From Candidatus Multivoradales bacterium (GTDB taxonomy: Bacteria; Acidobacteriota; Thermoanaerobaculia; Multivoradales; Multivoraceae), in NCBI GenBank assembly GCA_965223325.1, contig CBDCWI010000002.1, forward strand, positions 2,144,001 through 2,208,000: a DNA stretch of 64,000 bases. The letters run 5' to 3'. Under the pieces are notes generated by a model. That model made no database searches. It worked only from the letters and a program-made list of their open reading frames with translations, and was not told the DNA's origin. A program made the translations under genes and the position numbers. Below, in pieces: positions 1 through 8,638 of the stretch; the stretch's first letter is position 1, and every line of letters starts with the position of its first letter.

Positions 1-141
1 CGAGGCGAGCGCCTCCTCGGCGAGTGCGCTCGGGTCGACCGAGTCGCCACGGCTGTGGGCTATGTGGAGACGGTCGAGCTCGCGAGAGCGCGGCAGGCTC
101 CCGGCGTGGGTAGTGAGAAAACGCTTTTCACTGGTCTTCAT
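1..141 (-). CDS. Cobalamin-independent methionine synthase II family protein, N-terminal part (runs off window)
   Basis: Not in ORF track. Manual translation from ATG at 141 gives MKTSEKRFLTTHAGSLPRSRELD..., matching the family N-terminal 'R.LTTH.GSLPR' signature. Confidence 0.85.
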   Translation of the reverse strand, partial: MKTSEKRFLTTHAGSLPRSRELDRLHIAHSRGDSVDPSALAEEALAS

Positions 142-205
142 TCCGAACCCCTTTTCGCCCAGAGTACTATCGCGCCGGTGACGCGTCGACAGGGAGGATC
201 AGGAT

Positions 206-1147
206 ATGCCGAAGAAGGTCGAAGAGGTGATCGCAGAAGCTGCCGAGCAGTATCGGAACTGGGGACGCTGGGGGGACGACGACGAGCGCGGGACGCTCAA
301 CTTCGTCACCCCGGACCGTATCGTCGCGGCAGCGCAGCTGGTAAGAAAGGGCAAGACCTTCGCTCTCGCCATTCCTTTCGACCACAACGGGCCTCAGTCG
401 GGAAGCCATGGCCGCATCAACCCGGTCCACGCCATGACCTTAGATGGCTGCGACGAGCTCGGTCTACCCCACGGCATCGGCTTCTCGGACGACACCGTCT
501 TCATGCCTCTGCAGTGCGCAACGCAGTGGGACGCGCTGTCGCACGCCTTCGATCGTGGCAAGACCTACAACGGGCACGAGGCCAGCGTGGTGTCGTCGCG
601 CGGCGCAGCCAAAAACGGCATCGAGAAGGCCTCGAGCGGTTTCGTCGGTCGCGGAGTTCTGCTCGACATCGCTCGCCTGAAAGGCGACGATGCCCTCGAG
701 CCGGGCTATGCCATCACCGAGGAGGATCTCGAAGCCTGTATCGAACAACAGGGAGCGACCTCCCGAATCGAGTCGGGCGACTTCGTGCTGGTGAGAACCG
801 GCCAGATGGGGCAGTGCAAGAAGGACGGCTGGGGTCGCTACGCCGGCGGCGACGCTCCGGGGTTGTCGTTCCATACTGCAGACTGGCTGTTTCGCAACGA
901 GCTCGCGGCGATTGCCACCGACACCTGGGGCTTCGAAGTCCGGCCCAACGAATTCGAGGGCAGCTTCCAGCCACTGCACCAGGTCGTTCTACCCAACATG
1001 GGGCTGCACATCGGAGAGATCTTCGACCTCGAAGCCCTGGCCGACGACTGCAGCGACGACCGCACCTACGAGTTCCTCTTCGTGGCACCGCCGCTGCCGA
1101 TCACGGGCGCGGTCGGTTCGCCGATCAACCCCTACGCCATCAAATAG
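206..1147 (+). CDS. Cyclase family (kynurenine formamidase-like) metal-dependent hydrolase
   Basis: NWGRWG.DDERGTLN, QCATQWDALSH, GRGVLLD, GE.FDL and GSPINP motifs; GGGAGGA RBS upstream. Confidence 0.9.
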   Translation: MPKKVEEVIAEAAEQYRNWGRWGDDDERGTLNFVTPDRIVAAAQLVRKGKTFALAIPFDHNGPQSGSHGRINPVHAMTLDGCDELGLPHGIGFSDDTVFMPLQCATQWDALSHAFDRGKTYNGHEASVVSSRGAAKNGIEKASSGFVGRGVLLDIARLKGDDALEPGYAITEEDLEACIEQQGATSRIESGDFVLVRTGQMGQCKKDGWGRYAGGDAPGLSFHTADWLFRNELAAIATDTWGFEVRPNEFEGSFQPLHQVVLPNMGLHIGEIFDLEALADDCSDDRTYEFLFVAPPLPITGAVGSPINPYAIK

Positions 1148-1271
1148 GGCCTCGTTGCCGATGAGATTGCACGAAGATCCCGCATCTTCTCCCGCGGCAA
1201 GACCATGAGACCGCGCGACGTCAGCGCCGTCGTCGACGAGCCCGCGTCTTGCCACTCCTGGTAGCGAAGCT

Positions 1272-1661
1272 TCAGCTGGAGACTGAGCGTTCCGCCAAGT
1301 AGACGGCAATCTCGGCCTTGCCGACGCGACCGTCTGCGACTCCCAAGACGAGCTCGGTCAGCTCGTCCGCATCTGCGATGACCTCGAGGTCGTTGAGCCA
1401 GAGAAACGCCAGGCACGAAGCCAGGGCCGCGCGCTTGTTGCCGTCGAGGAATGGGTGGTTCTTGCAGACGTGAAAGAGGTAGGCCGCCGCCATCTCGCTT
1501 ATCGACGAATGGAGGTACTCGCCTTCAAACGAGGCCTCCGGCATCGCCAGCGCGGAGGACAGTAGGCCGTGGTCTCGCACTCCTGCCTGTCCACCGTAGA
1601 GCTGGATCTGCTCGGCATGAATTGCTAACACTTCGTCGAGCGTCAGGAATGTGACGGGCAC
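1272..1661 (-). CDS. doc: Doc/Fic family toxin (death-on-curing)
   Basis: HPFLDGNKR Fic motif; 129 aa; directly follows a small antitoxin gene. Confidence 0.92.
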   Translation of the reverse strand: MPVTFLTLDEVLAIHAEQIQLYGGQAGVRDHGLLSSALAMPEASFEGEYLHSSISEMAAAYLFHVCKNHPFLDGNKRAALASCLAFLWLNDLEVIADADELTELVLGVADGRVGKAEIAVYLAERSVSS

Positions 1662-1889
1662 CTACTCGGCCAGCCTGCGAAAGGCGCCGGCGTACCGACG
1701 ATGGATCGCCTCCATTCCGCGTTTGAGCTTCTCGGTTCGCTCTTCTTCGCGAATCGGCGAGATGATGATCACGTCACCATCTGTCGAGATCTCGAGCGGG
1801 GTCTCGGGGCTTATCCCAGTCGCCTCGAGGATCTTCTTCTCGATCACGACCGCATGGCTGTTGCCTGTCTTCGTGAGGTGCTTGCTCAT
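1662..1889 (-). CDS. AbrB/MazE/SpoVT-type antitoxin
   Basis: KHLTKTGNSHAVVI AbrB-like N-terminus; C-terminal 'RYAGAFRRLAE' typical of Doc partners. Confidence 0.9.
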   Translation of the reverse strand: MSKHLTKTGNSHAVVIEKKILEATGISPETPLEISTDGDVIIISPIREEERTEKLKRGMEAIHRRYAGAFRRLAE

Positions 1890-2206
1890 CGTACGTACAT
1901 AGTACCATATTCGTCAGTACGAAGTTCAGCTCACTCGGATCTCGGCATTGAAGCGAGCCGACTGAGCCCCATGCGCTACGCGTTCTGCGCCCGGCGAGAC
2001 ACCGAGCAACCGTGACCCTGAAGAGCGAAAGTGACCATCAATAAGCGTTGTAGCCGGGCGGGGCTGTTGAAACGATCGACGAGATCGCCTCTCCGCTGTG
2101 TTGCGACCGGCCACGCTCGGCATGTACTTGCCGTCGTCCCTCAGGGACGAAACAGATCACGATGGTCGCCCGGGTGGTCCGACCTTCCCTCTTCACAAGG
2201 AAGATA

Positions 2207-2222
2207 CATTATCGACATAATG
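2207..2222. promoter_or_regulatory. Palindromic operator CATTAT-N4-ATAATG, likely TetR site
   Basis: Perfect 6-bp inverted repeat about 50 bp upstream of the TetR start. Confidence 0.5.
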
Positions 2223-2272
2223 CAACCGGTCACGGCCTAGTTCATTCGTATCAGGCGGGTAAAGGAAGGGGC

Positions 2273-2920
2273 ATGACTCCGAGAACAGCACAACCCCGTC
2301 GACGGACCCAAGAGGAGCGCCGCGAACAGACACGTCGCAAGCTGCTCGACGCAGCGGTCATCGTCCTACATGACATTGGCTATGCGCGCTTCACGTTTGC
2401 CTTGGTGGCCAAGCAGGCCAAGATGACGACCGGCGCCATCCAGCACCAGTTCGCCAACAAGAACGAGTTTCTCGAGGCAGTGGTTTTCGAACGTCTGCTT
2501 CACGTCGGGGACGGCTTTTTCGAGCCACTTCCCGACCAGTCCGGCAAGTCGGTTCGAGACCGCTGCAAGGTCATGGTGGAGCGAGCGTGGACGGTCTACG
2601 GCGCTCCGAGCTATCCGGTGGCCTGGAACATCATCCTCGGTTCCCAGCGGGATTCCGATTTGCAGGAAAGCCTGATCTCAGCGCAGCGTCAGATGCTCGA
2701 GAAGATCGGTCTACCCGAGATACGGCGAGCCTTCGCCGGGCTCGGCCTGAGTCGCGGCAAGCTGCGGGATCTCCAGATGTTCCTTCATGCCCAGCTTCGC
2801 GGCTTGGCACTACTAGGCCCGATGCGCTACCAGGAGTCGTTCTACCGGAAGCAGCTTCGGATGCTGGTGAACGTGCTCGAGACCTATGTCGAGTCGATGC
2901 TGGACTCGAGCTCCGAGTGA
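2273..2920 (+). CDS. TetR/AcrR family transcriptional regulator
   Basis: RRTQEERR..TRRKLLDAA...GY...T...VA..A..T.GAI.H.F HTH; AAGGAAGGGG RBS before ATG 2273. Confidence 0.9.
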   Translation: MTPRTAQPRRRTQEERREQTRRKLLDAAVIVLHDIGYARFTFALVAKQAKMTTGAIQHQFANKNEFLEAVVFERLLHVGDGFFEPLPDQSGKSVRDRCKVMVERAWTVYGAPSYPVAWNIILGSQRDSDLQESLISAQRQMLEKIGLPEIRRAFAGLGLSRGKLRDLQMFLHAQLRGLALLGPMRYQESFYRKQLRMLVNVLETYVESMLDSSSE

Positions 2921-2981
2921 GTGAGGGATTCCCGGCGCTGCCGAGTTGGCTGCGGGCCTGCTCACCACTCACGGTCACCGA

Positions 2982-3510
2982 CTACCAGACGTGCTCATCC
3001 AACGCTTCGCGGATCACCTGGACCGTCACCTCGACCGGCAGGTCCATGTGATCGCGCCCGGGCACCTCGGTGACCACCCAGCCCAGCCGCTCGAGATCGG
3101 CACGGCGCTGGCGTGTGAGCTCGGCGATCGCAACCGGCACGCCAATCGCCGGAGCGCCGGTGTCTTACGAGCCAAAAAAGGCAAGCCGAGGTCCCTTGAT
3201 GGCGGTCACCGCGGCTTCTTCGTCCCAGGAGCCCACGATCGAGTTGTAGTAGTTGGCGATGATCTGCATGAAAGGCCTTTGAGGCGAGTCCTCCTCGAGC
3301 TGCGCGACAACCCCCGTCACGAGCTCGAGCAACTCTGCGTAGGGTCCTGAAAGGGGCGGCCAGCCACCAAGAGCAAGACCCGCACACCGCTCAGTGCGAC
3401 TGGCGACCTGGAGGGCAGCGTTGGCGCTCCAGGAGTAGCCCACGGCGACGAAGCGATCAACTCCTGCCGCATCGGCGATCGTGAGGTAGTCGGAGGCGAA
3501 CCTGTTCTCA
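2982..3510 (-). pseudogene. Alpha/beta hydrolase remnant (5'-truncated, internal stop)
   Basis: ADAAGVDRF..VGYSWSA nucleophile elbow; in-frame TAA at 3165-3167, then the frame continues 60 aa (..EVPGRDHM..EHVW) to TAG at 2982; no recognisable N-terminus. Confidence 0.75.
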
Positions 3511-4332
3511 ATCGGCGAGGGGCACTTTGCCGCACTCGGTACCGAGATCCTGGCAGGCAGGGACTTCGACTCGAAGGACACTCCGATGTCGCAGCCGGTT
3601 GCCATGGTCAGCCAGGCCTTTGTCGATCGCTTTCTGAAGCAGCAAGACGCCATCGGAACGATCCTCCGTATGGCTCAAGCCGACGAGAGTGCCGCGCTAG
3701 TGATCGTTGGTGTGGTGGGCGACATCCGCCGGCCGGGCCTCGAACCGGACCCGGTACCGATGCTCTACCTGCCGTTGGCGCAGGCGCCTCGCGAAACCAT
3801 TACCTTTGCCGTGCGCGGCATTGGCAGCGAAGCCGAGCTCCTTGCCGACGCGGAAGTGGCGATCAAGGCCGTATCTCGGGAGTCTCCGGTGTACAACACC
3901 GACACGCTGGCTGGCTCCCTGGCGTCGTTGACCAACGCCCAGACTCTGCTCGGTCGCCTGTTCGCCGGCTTCGGCATGACGGCCATCCTGCTCGCCTGCC
4001 TGGGAACGTTCGCGCTGCTGAATCAAAGTGTCCAAGACCGGTTGCGCGAGATCGGAATCCGGGCTGCCTTTGGCGCGCGACCGCGAGACATCACAGCGTT
4101 GATCCGGCGCGATGCGACGAAGCTGGCCGTTATCGGCTTGGCGGTTGGCTGCCTGCTCGCGGCCGCTCTGAGTCGAGGTTTGCAGTCCCAGCTCTACGAG
4201 GTCGGCACTCTCGATCCTGTGACCTACCTCGGGGTGGCGACCGTCCTTCTGCTCGCGGTACTCCTCGCGTCCATCGTGCCGTCCTGGCGCGCTGCTCGGG
4301 TAGATCCGGCAACGACACTGCGCGGACAGTGA
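3511..4332 (+). pseudogene. ADOP/FtsX-like ABC permease, C-terminal fragment
   Basis: GHFAALG.EILAGRDF, IVGVVGD, REIGIRAAFGA and PSWRAARVDP motifs; only about 270 aa, versus about 900 aa for the two paralogues in this window. Confidence 0.8.
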
Positions 4333-4453
4333 CGAGAAGGCAGCGCCCGGCTGACGCTTGTTGGCCGCCTGCTTCCTCACTCGCTCCGCAAAAGCCTCCG
4401 GGCGAGCCCACGTAGGGCCTCTTTGTCGGCGTCGCTGTCGGCCTCTGAGGTCA

Positions 4454-4472
4454 TCTTGGCAGGTCCTTGACA
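4454..4472 (+). promoter_or_regulatory. Imperfect direct repeat (TCTTGGCA / CCTTGACA, 11-bp period), candidate OmpR-family binding site
   Basis: Lies upstream of the hydrolase-response regulator-kinase operon; tandem repeat geometry typical of OmpR/PhoB sites. Confidence 0.35.
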
Positions 4473-4552
4473 ATTGGTCACTAGGGTCTCTGCCGAGTGT
4501 TCAGCCGCGCGGCTGTCCGGACCCCAAAGCACCATTCGTCTCGGAGATTTCG

Positions 4553-5998
4553 ATGGCCTCCACAATCCTCACACCGCAACGGAAACCACCCAAGCTGCAA
4601 CGATCGTTGGCTACCGCAGCTATCCTTACACTCGCACTCCTGCTCGCCGTCGCCACCAGCTCCTTCGCGCAATCGTCCTCGAAGGTATCTGGCCCGTACC
4701 CCGACGCCTACATGGAATGGGGACTTCCCGGATCACCCACCGGCCAACGGCTCGGCTCGCTTCTCAACCTGCTGCGAGAGAAGGACACGGAGGCTGCGCG
4801 ACAGTACGTCAGCGAGGTCCTGGACGACGGGTTTCGCGAAAGCAGTGGAGCCGATTCGCTGGTCGCATTCCTGGAATCGATGTTCGAAACGATAGATGGT
4901 TTCACCCTGGACGACATCGATCGACAGCCGGGAGGTGATGCCCATGCCGTCCTCGGAACGCCAGATGGAAAGGCAACCCTCCTCGTCATCGCCGTCGCCG
5001 AAGCGGCTCCGCACCTCGTCCAGGGTCTCACCTTTCGGCCTTACGACCAGCAGGTCGATGCCGTTCCACCAATCGAGTCGATCGAGGCCGCCGACCGCTA
5101 CCTTCAAGAACTGGCAGACGCTGACAAGTACGGCGGCGTTCTTGCCATCATGGTGCACGACGAAGTGGTCTTCACCAAAGGTTACGGTCTTGCGCGTCTC
5201 GAGACTGAAGACGAGCCGGCGGTCGGAGCCGACCCAACCATTCTCTTCAACGTCGGTTCCATCACCAAGGATTTCACCCGCGTCGCGGTTTTGAAGCTGG
5301 TTTCCCAGGGCAAACTCCGGCTCGACGACACCGTCGGCCAACACCTCAACGGCTTCAAACCGGAGGTCGCCGACCACGTCACCGTGAAGCATCTGCTCGA
5401 CTTCACGTCTGGTTTGGGCGACTACCATCAGCATCCGGACTTCAGGGTCTCCCTTGCCGAGCCGACCAGACTCGAGCGAGTGATCGACATGATCCGAGAC
5501 AGCGACCTCGCCTTCGAGCCAGGTACCCGAGAGATGTACTCGAACTCGGGCTACGCGGTCCTGGGAGCCATCGTCCAAGCAGCCAGCGGTGTGGACTACT
5601 ATCGGTATGTCGAGAGTGAAGTCTTTGCTCCAGCCCAGATGCGCAACTCGAGGTTCTTGGAGCGCGACGATCCGCGCGTGGCCATCGGCTACACGCGGAT
5701 GGGGAGTGGCGAACTGGAATCCAACCGAGCTTACCTACCCCTCAAAGGCACTCCCGCCGGGTCGTCCTACTCCACTGTCGGGGACCTGCTTCGATTCCAG
5801 CAGGCGCTCCACAGCGACCTGTTTGGCATTGGAGGTGACAAAGAGCGCTTCGGTTGCTTCGCGGGTGGAGGGCCCGGGGTTAATGCCGTGCGCTGTGCGC
5901 ATGAAAGTGGTTTGACCCTGGCCATGGTGTCGAACGTCGACGAAGGCATCGCTGAGAAAGTCGGCGTTCAGCTTTTCCGCACCCTACGCGACCAATGA
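4553..5998 (+). CDS. Secreted serine hydrolase (beta-lactamase class C-like)
   Basis: Signal peptide; F.VGSITK (SxxK), FEPG...YSNSGY (YxN); GGAG RBS before ATG 4553. Confidence 0.9.
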   Translation: MASTILTPQRKPPKLQRSLATAAILTLALLLAVATSSFAQSSSKVSGPYPDAYMEWGLPGSPTGQRLGSLLNLLREKDTEAARQYVSEVLDDGFRESSGADSLVAFLESMFETIDGFTLDDIDRQPGGDAHAVLGTPDGKATLLVIAVAEAAPHLVQGLTFRPYDQQVDAVPPIESIEAADRYLQELADADKYGGVLAIMVHDEVVFTKGYGLARLETEDEPAVGADPTILFNVGSITKDFTRVAVLKLVSQGKLRLDDTVGQHLNGFKPEVADHVTVKHLLDFTSGLGDYHQHPDFRVSLAEPTRLERVIDMIRDSDLAFEPGTREMYSNSGYAVLGAIVQAASGVDYYRYVESEVFAPAQMRNSRFLERDDPRVAIGYTRMGSGELESNRAYLPLKGTPAGSSYSTVGDLLRFQQALHSDLFGIGGDKERFGCFAGGGPGVNAVRCAHESGLTLAMVSNVDEGIAEKVGVQLFRTLRDQ

Positions 5999-6008
5999 TC
6001 GTTCCTGG

Positions 6009-6746
6009 TTGACAGGCGCCCGGGCGATCGACAACGAGGCGAGGGTGGGCAAGGACACAGGACAAAGAGTGCTGATCGTGGAGGACAACGAGCAGACTCG
6101 CGAGTTGTTGGAGCGCTACCTCAGAGCCTCTGGGTTCAAGCCCTTCACCGCCAGCGATGGCATCGCAGGCCTTCGCGCTGCCCAGGAGTTGACGCCGGAT
6201 CTAGTGCTTCTAGATGTGATGTTGCCCGGACTCGACGGCTTTTCGATCTGTCGACGGCTACGCGAGGAGATGGGTCTACCGGTCGTTCTATTGACAGCCC
6301 GCTCGACGGAAGACGACCGCGTGCGTGGTCTCGAACTGGGGGCGGACGACTACATCGTCAAGCCATACAGTCCGCGTGAACTGGTAGCCCGGCTGAGGGC
6401 CGTCCTACGCCGGGTCGGCCGAGACCATGAGCCGCAGCGCCGTTCATTTGCGCAGCTCACCGCCAGCCGCGAGCAGATGCGGGTTACGGTTGCCGGAGAA
6501 GTACTCGATCTCACGCCCACAGAGTTCTCGCTGATCTGGTGCCTTCTGTCGCATCCCAGCCGGGTCTTCACGAGAGCAGAACTCGCAGCCTCGGTACCGG
6601 AAGGGCGGTCCAACCCGACGCCTCGCGCGATCGACACACACATTGGCAATCTTCGTCGCAAGCTCTCCCTCTCGGGCAGCGAGCTTCATATTCAAACAGC
6701 GTACGCTCTCGGCTACCGGCTGACGACCCGAAGCGAAGGCGCTTGA
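6009..6746 (+). CDS. OmpR/BaeR-family response regulator
   Basis: VEDN, LLDVMLP, GADDYIVKP and LTPTEF winged-helix motifs; start position uncertain. Confidence 0.93.
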   Translation: MTGARAIDNEARVGKDTGQRVLIVEDNEQTRELLERYLRASGFKPFTASDGIAGLRAAQELTPDLVLLDVMLPGLDGFSICRRLREEMGLPVVLLTARSTEDDRVRGLELGADDYIVKPYSPRELVARLRAVLRRVGRDHEPQRRSFAQLTASREQMRVTVAGEVLDLTPTEFSLIWCLLSHPSRVFTRAELAASVPEGRSNPTPRAIDTHIGNLRRKLSLSGSELHIQTAYALGYRLTTRSEGA

Positions 6747-6756
6747 CGGCACCAGC

Positions 6757-8127
6757 TTGAGCTCTCTGAAGACAAGGCTGCTGGTCGCCATCGGCTTGAT
6801 CGCCCTGCTGGCGATCTCGCTGGCGTGGTTCTCGTCGCGACAACTGACGATGGCTGAACTCGAAGTGAACGGCGGGCCGAACCCAGAAAGCGAAGAATCG
6901 AGAGCACTGCGAAAGCTGGCGGCGAAAATCGCGACTGGACGTCCTGACAACGGCGACTGGCAGCCACTGGAAGAGTTGATCGAAGATTGGCTCGACGACT
7001 CTCAATACGACCGCTTTGTCCTCCTCACGCCGGACGGCACACCCACCTCACCTACTTCGCATGGGGACACTTCCCAGACTCCCGACATACGCCTCGACGT
7101 CGCCGACGCGTCGGGCCCGGTGGCCACGCTGCTCCTCTTCTCACAAACAGTGAGCGAAACGCCAGCAGCGGTGGACAAGGAGACCCACTTTCTCACCATC
7201 CACCACCAGGACGACACGGTCGATATGCAGTCGCGGGCCATCGGCTCCGGCCTCCGAGCACTCCTGATCGCGCTGACACTCCTGGTTCTGGCGGGAGTCA
7301 TCGGCAGACTCATGCGTCCCCTGGCGACTCTGACCGCAACCGCCGAGCGACTCGGGGCCGGCGACTTCTCGGCCAGAGTCGCAGACACGGGCAAAGACGA
7401 GATCGCGAAGCTCGCCCACACCTTCGATGCCATGGCGACCCGAATCGAGAATCACGAGCAGCGTCGCCGCGATCTGTTCAACGACGTTGCGCACGAACTG
7501 CGGACGCCTCTGACCAATCTGCGGGCGCGACTCGAAGGTCTCGTCGATGGCGTCTTCGAGCCAACTTCGGGTGAGTTCGAGAGGCTACTGGCCGATGCTG
7601 TTCTCCTGGAACACCTGACCGAGGACTTGCAGACCCTGGCCACCGCCGAGGCAGGCGAACTCCGATTGTCAATCGAGTCGCTCGAGTTGCATCTCGAGGT
7701 CGCGGCGGCCGTGAAGTCAAGCCAGGCAGCCTCACCAGGAGTCGTTTTCGAGAGTCAGGTGGCCGAACAGTTGTTGGTTCAGGCCGATCCCATCCGGCTG
7801 CGTCAGATTCTCACCAACCTGCTCACCAATGCGGGGCGCTTCGCCTCCGGCCAGCCGGTCGTAATTACTGCCGAACAGCAGGAGAACTGGATCGAGATCT
7901 CGGTCGTGGACAAGGGCGCGGGCATCTCGGAACCGGCCCTTGCCGCCATCTTCGATCGCTTCTACCGCTCCGAGAGCGATCGCGACCGGGAAAGCGGCGG
8001 CTCGGGCCTCGGTCTGGCGATCGCCAAACGCCTGGTCACGGCCCATGGGGGTCGCATCTGGGCGGACAGCGTGCTCGGCGAGGGTACGGCCGTTCGCTTC
8101 GAGATGCCGACACAAAAGAAGGGCTGA
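6757..8127 (+). CDS. BaeS-like sensor histidine kinase (HAMP-HisKA-HATPase)
   Basis: Two TM segments; AHELRTPL H-box, NLLTNA, DKGAGI, FDRFYR and GSGLGL boxes. Confidence 0.93.
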   Translation: MSSLKTRLLVAIGLIALLAISLAWFSSRQLTMAELEVNGGPNPESEESRALRKLAAKIATGRPDNGDWQPLEELIEDWLDDSQYDRFVLLTPDGTPTSPTSHGDTSQTPDIRLDVADASGPVATLLLFSQTVSETPAAVDKETHFLTIHHQDDTVDMQSRAIGSGLRALLIALTLLVLAGVIGRLMRPLATLTATAERLGAGDFSARVADTGKDEIAKLAHTFDAMATRIENHEQRRRDLFNDVAHELRTPLTNLRARLEGLVDGVFEPTSGEFERLLADAVLLEHLTEDLQTLATAEAGELRLSIESLELHLEVAAAVKSSQAASPGVVFESQVAEQLLVQADPIRLRQILTNLLTNAGRFASGQPVVITAEQQENWIEISVVDKGAGISEPALAAIFDRFYRSESDRDRESGGSGLGLAIAKRLVTAHGGRIWADSVLGEGTAVRFEMPTQKKG

Positions 8128-8638
8128 CCGTCTGAGAGGTCGAAGCTACGAGGCGAAGCCAGGAGCCGGTAGTGTTGGTGAGATGAGCTTCCAGCCCGAG
8201 GAGTCGTGACGACTGCTGAATCACGAAAGGAGCCGGCCGAGGGGAAGCCGGTGTTTCGTGGCCGCGTCGTAGCGTTCAGCCTCGTCGTGGTTGGGCTTGC
8301 GGCATGGAGCTACTTCTCGATCGTGGCGCCCGATGGGTCTCGTCGAAGAAGGGCACTCTATTCGACCACCATGGGCCGGTGCATCCCGGAGCGCGCCGTG
8401 GGTGGGCGTAGGAGAGCACTCCGATGAGGACTTCGTTGAGCCCCCGGCAGCCTGGGCGCTGATTCTCAGGCCACGTTGCCCGACTGGCGTGGCGGAGCTG
8501 TTGGGCCAACCGCTGTCACGCGGAGGCGCCGGCACCGTCCACTACACTGCACCTGCACACCCTCCAGCAAGAGCACCTCGCCCTGGTGACGAAACGTCGA
8601 CCAGTCAACAAGAGAATCTCGAGAAGAAGGGAAGGACC

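Noticed and set aside
3165-3167. Stop-codon readthrough or recoding in the hydrolase
   Set aside because: The gene is already 5'-truncated, so a simple nonsense mutation suffices. TAG and TGA terminate other genes normally.
8291-8638. N-terminal extensions in the ORF track (also 4358, 19839, 38217, 58628)
   Set aside because: Extensions lack family features or overlap other genes; downstream starts have an RBS or stop-start coupling.
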